A stretch of 64,000 nt of DNA from Lytechinus pictus (Eukaryota), in contig NC_087257.1 of assembly GCF_037042905.1 (NCBI RefSeq), positions 11,036,001 through 11,100,000 on the forward strand. The letters run 5' to 3'. Positions 13,701-22,700 of the stretch are shown in pieces; position 1 is the stretch's first letter; every line of letters starts with the position of its first letter. A program made the position numbers and the translations under genes. Under the pieces are notes generated by a model. That model saw nothing but the letters and a program-made list of their open reading frames with translations, did not search any database and was not told where the DNA came from.

Positions 13701-16700
13701 ACTATGGACTGGTCATTGCGGACACATCTCATCTGGACACCGAACTCCGTGAAACCTTTTCCTCTGCTCTTCCATTTTGGACGGTTGATGGCCAGTGGCT
13801 GTAATATGAAATGTAAATATTTATTAATTTCTTATAAAATGCACATTTTATGCAAATTACATTATCATATCAGGGGGGTGTTTCATAAAGAAATAAGTAT
13901 GACTTAAATCGCACTTAAATGTCGACGCGTACATGATATGCAACGCGCAATCTTATTGATCAATACGCAGTAGTGCGCATCCTCTTAGCATGATCTGACC
14001 AATGCGGTCATGCCTTTTATACTGCACCTAACTAGGCATTTAAGTGCGACTCTAAGTCATACTTAAATCTTTGTGAAACACCCCCCAGAACTGATAATAC
14101 ACTGGAACTTATCCTTTCAAATTTGTTACTACAAGGTAAAACTTTTATTGAGGGCAAAGGTTGAGTCAACAAATGTAAAAAATATGTTTGCTCACATCAT
14201 GATATCTTCATTTCAAAGTTGAAATATAAAAGTAAATTTTAAATAGCACTGAACATGGAGATATTTGAAGCTTTTAGAATACTTTTTATTCATGCAATTT
14301 TACTCTGATGAGTGCAGGTCGGAAAGCTTATTAGAGAGCGTTGTTGGCTCAGTCCGTAACGCGTCTGCCCGTCGAACCAAAGATCGTGGGTTCGAGTCCA
14401 TCCCATGCGGATGACTGAAGCCAGTGCGTTGTGTGTAAACGTCTCTCCCATGTTTCATAGATGCAGGCTATGTTACAATGGAAAACACTCCGACCCTCAG
14501 ATAGGACGTTAATGGAGGCCCCGTGTAGAGGAGAGTCACCACCTTTGTACATTAAGAACCCACTGCACTATTCGTATAAGAGTAGGGGAAACCCGGCGTA
14601 GTGGTCCACCTGCACTCCCCCAATCAGTTATATCAGGAGAGACCTGCGGGTCATAGTGATTCAATTCGCTCTTCGCCTCCCAGGCACAGGTGACGCCAAA
14701 CAAATAATAATAATAATTAGTGTTTCCTGATTAGTGCTTCTTACTGATTTTGCCGTACCAAACATTCATTTATAATAATAAACAATAAATTACATGAAGA
14801 ATTTTTTGCCAGCTCAAAGATACTCACCTTATGTAATATTGAAAACACCACAAATTAGACACAATTTAGCAAAGAATTTGGCTACTTACAAAATTTCTTC
14901 TTGGCATGACGAGCATTCTGATGACCTTCTCAATGCCGTTAGCGATGAAATAACCTCCCATTTCAGAGCCCTCTTCTTTCCTTTTTACAAGCTCACTGGG
15001 AGGTAGGTTGTGAAGATTGCAATTCTTACACTGAAAAAAAGTACAGAATTCATTCATTTATTTCTTTACTAATCATTTATTCAGCAGGTTTCAAGAATTC
15101 ATAATAATAGAAAAATGTGTGCAAGAGTGTACAAAACCAATTCATCTCTTTTTATGTCCTTTTGTACCACCTTATTCATGTCATATTTTCAACAAATACT
15201 ACTAGTACTTTCTCTTTACAGTTGGCAGGTATGATAAAGCTTTCCTGAATTGTATTGCGGTGTACTGTGTTTGCTCAGTTGGTAGAGCGTCCGTCTCACA
15301 ACCGGGAGGTCGAGAGTTCAAACGCCGGAGCATCAGACCAAAAGATGTATTTTGGGAGTTGCTGCTACCCTGTCTGGGGTTCAACATTGAAGGGATAGAT
15401 CTCGTTTATCTGACGCTGCACAGTGGCTGCCGGGCCAAGAAGAATTGGGCAAAAAGAATTTTCGGAATATTTCTATTTGAAGACTTCTATTTTCAAACAA
15501 TGAAATGTGGATTTGGATTGGATTCATTGACTTACTTTTACAAGGATGGGTATCTGGCCCAGAGGACGCATGACACTCCCACTGTCCCCATTGCTTCGTT
15601 GCCAGAGCACCCTTGCCTGAAGAGGGGCCTGGTACGTCGTCCCACGCTGTCGACACTAAAAGGAAACAAATTTATTTTTTTAAGCAACTACAATCACTCT
15701 GGAGGTGTTGCCATGGTGTAGTGGTTCTCACTCCAACATTTCCCCCAAGAGGGTCATTGGTTCCAATCCTTCTCCAGGATGTACAGCGGTATTGATTTCC
15801 CTCGGCAAGAAAGTAATCCAGATTTTGCTGCAATCAACCCAGGTGAGGTACATGTAAATGAGGACTTGGCAGGAATTTAGCCCTTGAAACAGAGTGTGCC
15901 TAACAGCTGCTCTGCTAAAGCTGGGGTTATCACCCTGCATCATTATTGAGCACTTAGAGACTTCTGATAAGGTGTTACGCACTATAAAAGGACGTCATTA
16001 TCATTATAGACTAAACAACATTCCCATATCTTTGATCGTGGATCCTGATGACAGATTTAAAATGTAAATGAACTTTTACAGATAACCCGCCACTTCGAGA
16101 TATTGCTGAAGAGCATATCTACCTATAAATGGCATTTTGATTAGCCTACAATGTACATTGCACATAATCCCGAATTGTTCACCTATAGCTGAAATTTGAT
16201 TTTAGTCATTGAAATTTAGATGGCTTTCGCAACACATTTTCAAGGATATTCGATGATAAATAAAGATAAAAATAACCAATTTCTCAGGGCCAATGAGAGG
16301 AAAAGAAATCAAGCGACCTTTGGGAGTTTCATTGAAGGATCAGTACTGATAATTTCAGTGAAATCCTTGGTTTTGATTGGCTGAGAGGCACTGGCCTCTG
16401 ACTGTTACTATAGTAACTGTCAGAGACAATCAATTTGTCAGTGCTGACAACTTTAATGAAACGGTCACCCTGAACCTACCTCTGATGGGTAGACTTTAAG
16501 AGTAGAAGCAAACAGGTTTCCTCTTGCAATGGTTGGTACACCAATGAATGCATCCTATGAAAAAAAAAACAATCACAAAGAATGAATGTATCCTATGAAA
16601 AAAAAAACATAAATAACAATAAAATTAAGAACAGGACATTCACAACATCAGAGCATATTGTGATATACAGGTGACCCAGGGGATAGGAATACTATGGGCC

Positions 16701-19366
16701 AGAAAGGATAAAGATGAAATTAAAGGGGAATCCAGCCTTGGTCATAAAATGTTGTGTTGGGAAGGAGAAAAATAAATTAAACAGAATGGTGAAAATTTGA
16801 AATAAATCGGACAAGAAATAAGAAAGTCATAGCTGCTTTAAAATTGGGATCACTAATAGTATGTAGATTTCAAATTGGCAACTGGGTAAGTAAATTATGA
16901 CAAGGGGCAAGGACAACCTTCCCATAGGCCATGTACTTTATTATCAGGGATTTGTGGTTTTCTCCTAAGTACCCATTCCCCTGGGGCAGTAATCTAAATA
17001 TAACCCAGGTAGTATATTGTTAAATGTCCTCATGAAAGAAAAATACAATTTGAAATAAAACTTTGAGGAAAAATGACATTTTAGCCATAATATGTAGTGG
17101 AGTACATGGAAGAGTAGTCCTTGCCTTACATCACTATGACATCCCATATGCGGCCAATTTGAAGTCTCCATGAGTATAGTGATTACCAATATTTCCAACT
17201 TTGAAAAATTCATAACTTTCTTGTTGTTTGTCCAATATTGTTCAAACTTTCACCTATCAACTTGTCTGACTTTTCTTTTTCTTATAAAAACAAGTTTTTA
17301 TTTGGGTTGGATTCCCCTTTAAGTTTGGGATGAGGCGGGATTTCATGTGAATTTTAAGGAAAATGTAGAAAGAAGTATTTTTTCACTTTTTTTATATAAG
17401 GAATACTTGGGGGTAAAGATGGAGATGAATCATTTTAGAAATTAGAATGAAACAAGATAGCTGAAAATTACTATTAATGGCAATCCATACTTGTGCATAT
17501 ACAGTGTACCAGTATAATGCCCCATTTTCATACTTATATGCAATGGCAATTCCAGAGTAATGTTTTCATGAGTAAAACTCTGTCTCCAACTTTCTCTCAT
17601 TTAAACTACTCAGCTATTCAGAAACATAAGAACATTGATATCTATCAAGCAAAAGTACAATGTTTACTTTGTTTTTTTAATACTTCATGTGTTATCTTCT
17701 TCCACAGTCACTCTGGAATCTTTTGGATCAAATCAAACTTTTCATACTGATAAAAAAAAATTAGATTTCATCATATTATTTGATTTCAAAATACTATTCA
17801 AATCTTTTCTAATGATACCTCATATGAAAGTGAAATTCTTTCATCATCCAATAGGAACTCCACTGGATTGATGTTCCTCACTGCCTGTGCTAATCCATCG
17901 TCAAGCATGTAATTGAAGGATTCAATGTGAGGGCGCACTGCATCTTCTAGGAGCTGTTTTCACAATGAAAAAAAAAGACAGAATCAAAATCAATTGTAAA
18001 CACCAGCCATGTATTAACCTCTAACTTCATCAAGGATAAGAAGAACATAATAGTAGCATAGGCCAGGCCTGCAATCACCATCAGTTTTATGAACATGTAC
18101 ATGTACTCATTTCTCAAAATTATCTTAAAAATTCAATATCTTATACTTGTTAAATTTAAGATACATGTACCACAAGGACAAAGTTCATTGACCCCAATTG
18201 TGATATGTGACTTGTATACCTGAAACTCAAATGATCAGTAACCATGATTGGTGACACTTAAATATCCTACTCCTAGCTATATGTCCAGGTTTCAAAAAGT
18301 TAAACTTTTGACTTGTTGACGATCGACGAGACAAAAATCAGATTTAAAGTCTAGAGTCTCTACATCTTTTGTTCGTGTTAGGTATCTAAATAAGATTTTT
18401 CAATTTTTTTAAACATTAACTTCAAGCTCTAACGTTACGCTCTCCTTATTATAAAGATCTAACTTTACAATAGCTTTTGCAAGTAGTAGCACGTGAAAAC
18501 TTAACCCAGGGAGCTCAAGGATAATAAAATTGCAGGTGATGAAATCATACTTCTTCGTCTCCCTCCTCCGGTGAGTGGAGGAGATTATATTCCGTCAGCT
18601 GTAATGTATGTCAGTTATGTCACTGAATCATAACATGGACCTAGACCAAAAGCTTCAGTCTCTGGTATGTTGGTTGTTCCGCTGAACTCCGTTGGCTCCA
18701 CTCACCAAATACAGAGACTGAAGTTGTAGCTCAATCTGTACAGGGACCCAATTATGGCCATTTATAATAATTAATATTAATATGTTCATGTAATTATTAG
18801 TTCGGATAAAACAGGGAAGTGAAGTTGCGCGACAGCCGAGGTAAGTCACTGTGTTTTCCCCTTTTAATTTTATTTTTCCCCGTTTTGGTGCATTTCAGGC
18901 CAAAACGGAATATTAATAATCTTTATTTTGCCTTTTTTTAGTTTTGGTACACGTACAGTTCTTTTTATATATTTATGAAATTAAGTCAGACAAAAATCAA
19001 TGAGCCCCGTCGGGGGGATTTTGCATTGTTAACCCCCTAATGGTGGCTGCACGATAGCGAGCCGTCTGTGTACGAGAAATAAAAAAAAATAAAAATGTTT
19101 TTAAAAAACTCCTCGAAACAGACGGCTGCCAGCTGTCTATAACATGGAGCCTAATATCCGCACTCAGGTCGGTTCGCTGTGGCATTGATTTAATGTACAC
19201 AATATTACAACTTCTCACACTACACCAAATCATGCACACGAAACATTCCTTATTACATGGTAAATTCAAGATTTAAAACGAATGATATATCAACCTTGTT
19301 CTGGTACTCTTTCGGTCTCCCATATTCTCCATTTGTTAAGTTACGGTAAGTTGGTGTATCACTCAT
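1602..19366 (-). CDS. POLR1B: DNA-directed RNA polymerase I subunit RPA2 (RPA135); 16 coding exons in the window, 3' part lies beyond position 1
   Basis: Spliced by hand. Exons in transcript order: 19295-19366, 17819-17953, 16480-16554, 15536-15655, 14890-15030, 13700-13798, 12302-12397, 11045-11121, 9865-10065, 8963-9080, 7617-7701, 6963-7072, 6140-6275, 5357-5430, 2584-2790, 1602-1799. All introns are GT-AG with compatible phases; 1944 nt open. Motifs [83 protein letters not shown] and [17 protein letters not shown] are characteristic of RPA2. Confidence 0.97.
2584..2790 (-). CDS. POLR1B: POLR1B exon 15 (VVNTQPL...[11 protein letters not shown]...LKVKGQSG)
   Basis: cag acceptor, gtgagt donor, 207 nt. 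Confidence 0.94.
3098..3704. mobile_element. MITE with TTAA target duplication and long imperfect TIRs (Kolobok-like)
   Basis: TTAA-aggtcaagtccacccc ... ggggtggacttgtcct-TTAA; the same family recurs three more times in the window. Confidence 0.85.
4342..5300. mobile_element. Helentron/DINE-1-like non-autonomous element with internal ~162-bp tandem repeats
   Basis: Subterminal inverted repeat gtctcacctgcat (~4364) / atgcaggtgagac (~5282), a terminal stem-loop, a (GCC)n tract near 5230 and 4-5 internal repeat units. A related end lies at ~105-150 and a decayed copy at ~18160-18340. Confidence 0.7.
5357..5430 (-). CDS. POLR1B: POLR1B exon 14 ([25 protein letters not shown])
   Basis: cag acceptor, gtaat donor, 74 nt; highly conserved CPxxTPxGxxCGL motif. 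Confidence 0.97.
6140..6275 (-). CDS. POLR1B: POLR1B exon 13 ([45 protein letters not shown])
   Basis: cag acceptor, gtaag donor, 136 nt. Confidence 0.97.
6963..7072 (-). CDS. POLR1B: POLR1B exon 12 (...[25 protein letters not shown])
   Basis: cag acceptor, gtgtg donor, 110 nt. Confidence 0.95.
7617..7701 (-). CDS. POLR1B: POLR1B exon 11 ([28 protein letters not shown])
   Basis: tag acceptor, gtgag donor, 85 nt. Confidence 0.94.
8045..8495. mobile_element. MITE with CAGACCTGCCAACC TIRs
   Basis: cagacctgccaacc ... ggttggcaggtctg; an internally deleted copy lies at ~12754-13089. Confidence 0.8.
8963..9080 (-). CDS. POLR1B: POLR1B exon 10 ([39 protein letters not shown])
   Basis: tag acceptor, gtcag donor, 118 nt. 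Confidence 0.95.
9105..9832. repeat. Degenerate (CAT/CAC)n microsatellite region
   Basis: Long imperfect trinucleotide tract in POLR1B intron 9. Confidence 0.9.
9865..10065 (-). CDS. POLR1B: POLR1B exon 9 (CVTGMLR...[10 protein letters not shown]...[17 protein letters not shown])
   Basis: cag acceptor, gtaagt donor, 201 nt. Confidence 0.95.
10782..11040 (+). mobile_element. tRNA-derived SINE
   Basis: A box tggtccagtgg, B box gttcgaattcc, (AAACAG)n tail; the acceptor stem does not pair. Confidence 0.7.
11045..11121 (-). CDS. POLR1B: POLR1B exon 8 ([26 protein letters not shown])
   Basis: tag acceptor, gtaagt donor, 77 nt, ends in phase 2. Confidence 0.94.
11735..11854. repeat. (CAT)n microsatellite running into an assembly gap
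   Basis: Seen directly. Confidence 0.9.
11855..12296. other. Assembly gap
   Basis: Run of N. Confidence 1.
12302..12397 (-). CDS. POLR1B: POLR1B exon 7 ([32 protein letters not shown])
   Basis: tag acceptor, gtaag donor just before the assembly gap, 96 nt. Confidence 0.93.
12754..13089. mobile_element. Shorter copy of the CAGACCTGCCAACC MITE
   Basis: Same TIRs and a near-identical 5' part as 8045-8495. Confidence 0.8.
13377..13673. mobile_element. MITE
   Basis: gagggttcccacag ... ctgtgggaactct inverted ends with internal ttccatgact repeats. Confidence 0.65.
13700..13798 (-). CDS. POLR1B: POLR1B exon 6 ([33 protein letters not shown])
   Basis: cag acceptor, gtaagt donor, 99 nt. Confidence 0.95.
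13873..14086. mobile_element. MITE with GGGG termini (PIF/Harbinger-like)
   Basis: ggggggtgtttcataaaga...tatgactta / taagtcata...tctttgtgaaacacccccc. Confidence 0.75.
14335..14717 (+). mobile_element. tRNA-derived SINE
   Basis: tggctcagt A box, ggttcgagtcc B box, (AAT)n tail. Confidence 0.7.
14890..15030 (-). CDS. POLR1B: POLR1B exon 5 (CKNCNL...[25 protein letters not shown])
   Basis: cag acceptor, gtaagt donor, 141 nt, conserved GGYFIxNG motif. Confidence 0.96.
15262..15480 (+). mobile_element. tRNA-derived SINE, decayed
   Basis: gctcagttggtagagcg ... gagttcaaac head followed by a non-tRNA body. Confidence 0.6.
15536..15655 (-). CDS. POLR1B: POLR1B exon 4 ([12 protein letters not shown]...LGQIPILVK)
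   Basis: tag acceptor, gtaagt donor, 120 nt. Confidence 0.93.
15700..16005 (+). mobile_element. tRNA-derived SINE of the 'cccaggtg...aatgggtacc' family
   Basis: tggtgtagtgg and ggttccaatcc boxes; shares its core with copies at ~2915-3065, 35790-36050, 42455-42600, 52150-52700 and 56735-57060. Confidence 0.65.
16480..16554 (-). CDS. POLR1B: POLR1B exon 3 ([25 protein letters not shown])
   Basis: tag acceptor, gtagg donor, 75 nt; VYPSE joins CR in the next exon. Confidence 0.92.
16720..17322. mobile_element. Related TTAA MITE of a different subfamily
   Basis: TTAA-aggggaatccagcc ... ggttggattcccct-TTAA. Confidence 0.8.
17819..17953 (-). CDS. POLR1B: POLR1B exon 2 ([25 protein letters not shown]...ERISLSYE)
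   Basis: cag acceptor, gt donor, 135 nt, HIESFNY motif. Confidence 0.93.
19295..19366 (-). CDS. POLR1B: POLR1B exon 1 ([24 protein letters not shown])
   Basis: ATG at 19366, 24 codons, donor AAG|gttgat. Resembles the RPA2 N-terminus. Confidence 0.85.
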
Positions 19367-19647
19367 TTTGACAAATTTTGGGCGACCACCTTACCACATT
19401 CACAATTCCATTCGCACTTGCAGTGCACTGCAGTTTTGTTTGGCAAAGCGCAAGTGCATCGACGTTTCGCACATGCGAGATTTTTTTTCGCTGAACCCCC
19501 CTTTTTTACATTCAATGTATGTATACTGTGTGCTGTGCGTGCCCAGTTCCAGAGTCATCCAATTATTCATCCTTTCCTGAAAAGTACACGTGTGATTCAC
19601 TTGCTGCTCGTCTCAACTCCGACTTTTAACAAACTTATCTTGCAAAA
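19367..19647. promoter_or_regulatory. Shared bidirectional promoter and 5' UTRs of POLR1B and eEF1B-alpha
   Basis: Only 281 bp separate the two divergent ATGs; CpG-containing; no obvious TATA box. Confidence 0.8.
19570..19577 (+). promoter_or_regulatory. TCT (5'TOP-type) initiator candidate for eEF1B-alpha
   Basis: TCCTTTCC matches YYC(+1)TTTYY, 76 nt upstream of the ATG. Elongation-factor genes are classic TOP/TCT genes. Confidence 0.55.
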
Positions 19648-19727
19648 ATGGGTTTCGGTGATCTTAAAAGCAGCAGTGGGCTCGGTGCCCTTAATGATTT
19701 CCTATCAGATCGCAGTTACATTGAAGG
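19648..19727 (+). CDS. EEF1B2: eEF1B-alpha exon 1 ([27 protein letters not shown])
   Basis: aaaATGG start context, donor GG|gtaatt, 80 nt. Confidence 0.96.
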
Positions 19728-22700
19728 GTAATTTTCTTTTTATTTCACAAGATTCAACAACATACGAGGTAGCGTCTAGCGAGGCGTGGCGTGAGCTGAC
19801 TGAGTCTTAACCCAGGAAGCTCCCGCCCGCGCGGGCGGGAGCTCCCTGGGTTAACTGAGTCTGAGCTGCGTGCTGTGTCTGCCCTGCACTGCCACTGCGA
19901 TGTTCAAGTTGAGATGGGTACCATAGGCATGATTGGGATATCAAATGTTAATAGTAAATTAGCATACGAAAGTAAACCACAATGGGTTTTTTATTGATAA
20001 TTATACTGCTGTGTGTGATTGGTTCTGTCAGTAGACAGGTAGATAGAGGCGCTGGTCCAAAAATTGGGATTGTCTCACTCTCACTCAGTCTCAGAAAACA
20101 AGGATATCCTCATCATGTCATAACCAAGGCAAGACAAATCATGTCTTGATGAATTGAGATTGTCCTTGTTTATTGGGACAGTTTCTCTTCATTCACTTAG
20201 TGACTTTAGCCCTGCGGGACATGGACAGCAATTCTCGCTACCCCAAATAGGAACAAAAATCTCATAATGCGCGAGACGAGATTATTTTCACTCCGTCGGG
20301 TCGTCATCACCACTTCCGGTTCAGAGTCATGCTCGCGCGAGGTTCGCGATACTGAGTTTTCCACCACGCTGAAATCGATGCCAATCAGCGATATGTACAG
20401 ATTATAATACTTTTTATCTAATTTGGTCAGTTTTGATTCCATTTGAATTATAAATAAAAATAAAAAATATATTTCATGTGAAAATAGTTTTTATTCATGT
20501 TTTTATTTGGTTATAAAAAATTAAACAAAAAATGAGTATCTTAAAATTTCGCATTTAGCGACCGGCCTGACATCACGATCGTATTCGACTAGACGCTTAA
20601 TATATAGCCTACAGCATTCATTCCGTTCAATTTTTCGTCGACCACAAAATGGATAAAAAAAAAATCAGTTTTGGAACTTTAAAAAATCTTAACTGACAGA
20701 GGAATACCGTGCAATGGAAAGCGTCAGGCAGAATTAGTGACTTTAGCAGAAAAGGCCGTTAAACTGTATCGTGAAAGAGAGGGTTGTGATCACGAACTTT
20801 CCGAGCGAAAGCGACGTTGTGTTGTTGTGCATGACGGCACTGTTGATCTGAATGGCAAAACAGTGCATTGGACTTCCGAACAGGAAGTTTTAATACCGAA
20901 AAGCTATCCCATAATGCAATGCGCGTTACAGGGATTTTTCCCGGATCTCGGCAAAATCGCTATTTGGGGTAGCGATAATTGCGGGATTGAGAGTGCTAAA
21001 AATAGATTAAGTGACCTCAATTCCCCCAGTTCACCGTCTATGGACTATGTCTATGACTATAATCTATATTTCATGACTTTCTGTCTTCCATTTCCAATAA
21101 TCTTGTTATGAAACCTGATGATATGTTTACATTACATTGACTAGTGCACTGGATTGATGTCACAAGAAATCTAACTTAGGAAAGTTCATTCACCTGTGAA
21201 GTGCCGACATCAATCGGCACTTCACAGGTGAATGAACTTTCCTACGTTAGATTTCTTGTGTGGAGAAATCTTTGAAAACTGAGACAGTCCCTGTAAACTG
21301 GGACGATCCCAATTTTCTGACCAGCACCTCTGTCATATCACCTTCATTTTGTGAAAACTCACACAATTTTCTTATTTCACATCCATTTTTGATAATAAAA
21401 ATTTTGGTGTGTGATTTTTCTTTTGTTTTTATTTTATTCAAGTCATCTTTCAGGTTTTAGTTGTTTATTTCCTGTCTAAGTGGGGTGTCTGAAGCCACAC
21501 TGAAAAGTGTCAGCATAAGACAGGCTGATTTAGGGGAAAATATGGCACACTTTTTTCAGGAAATTCAGGCTGCTAAAAAAATGTGATCTGAATTGATTAT
21601 TAACTTTTGTTTGGCATGTATTGAAAGAAAATTCAGGGGCTTCTTTTGACAGTAAGGACAAGTTTATAGGATTATTTGAAATAAGGATTTAGAGATAAAT
21701 TGCAAACCCTTATTTGTCTGTGTGTTGAGATTGTTATTTCCCCATGCATTTTCTATGGGAAAATGAAATTTCTGTTTTGCACAAATTTTTTCACTTTGTC
21801 GCAATTCTTCATTGTGATCTGGTTTCCAAATCTTTATAAAAATCATACCATCGGAAAGAGCATAAAAATTCCTACTAGACACTTTATGGACAAGTTTTTG
21901 GCATTAATAATAAATTTATAACAGCTCTCGGAAGCTAAAAATTAGGATTTGTGTGTGTCCATTTCTTAACTACACAGTAATATGGCAGGGAAATGCTGAA
22001 AATTGACCTAATTTCATTCTTCTTTTTTGCAGCCAATAATTGGATTTTTTCAAAAAATATTACATTTCTATCAGTCTGAAGGTTTTTTCTCTTCAAATTC
22101 ACAAAGAAAATGTGATATTTCCTTGAAATAAGAAAAAAAAATTCTCCAGACACCCTAGTCTAAGATTAAATCAACATACATGTAGCCTATTGTAGGCCTA
22201 CATAAAAAGAATGTGATTGTTTTTTATGTGTTTTTTTAGAAAACAATTATTTTATTCCGCTCTGAGCGCCTTGAGCATCTAATTAAGATCAACATGGAAA
22301 GTGCGCTATACAAATCTTGAATTACTATTAGATAGGGCAAAAAAAAATGAAACGGCATTTCTACTAAAAAGCGTTACCTTTATTATATATTCTTTATTAG
22401 CATTATATTGTCAAAGACATTGCTCAAAACTGACCATGAAATTTCCTACTAAATAGTTAGAAATAAGGCTTAAATGCGCCATAAAATGTGTCTGGAAATG
22501 CATACATACAGCATTTTGGCCCATCCCCAGGCCATAGGCTATACTTTGTGGGCTAGTGGCTGAAAATAGGCATTTTTAAGTCTTTATAGACTGTTTGAGC
22601 CTCTGTGAGGAGCCATGGAAACATGTCACATTACTTGGCTGCCAGAAAATGTTGCCACATTTAACTACATTGTTCACTCAAAATATAGAATGAAAATTTG

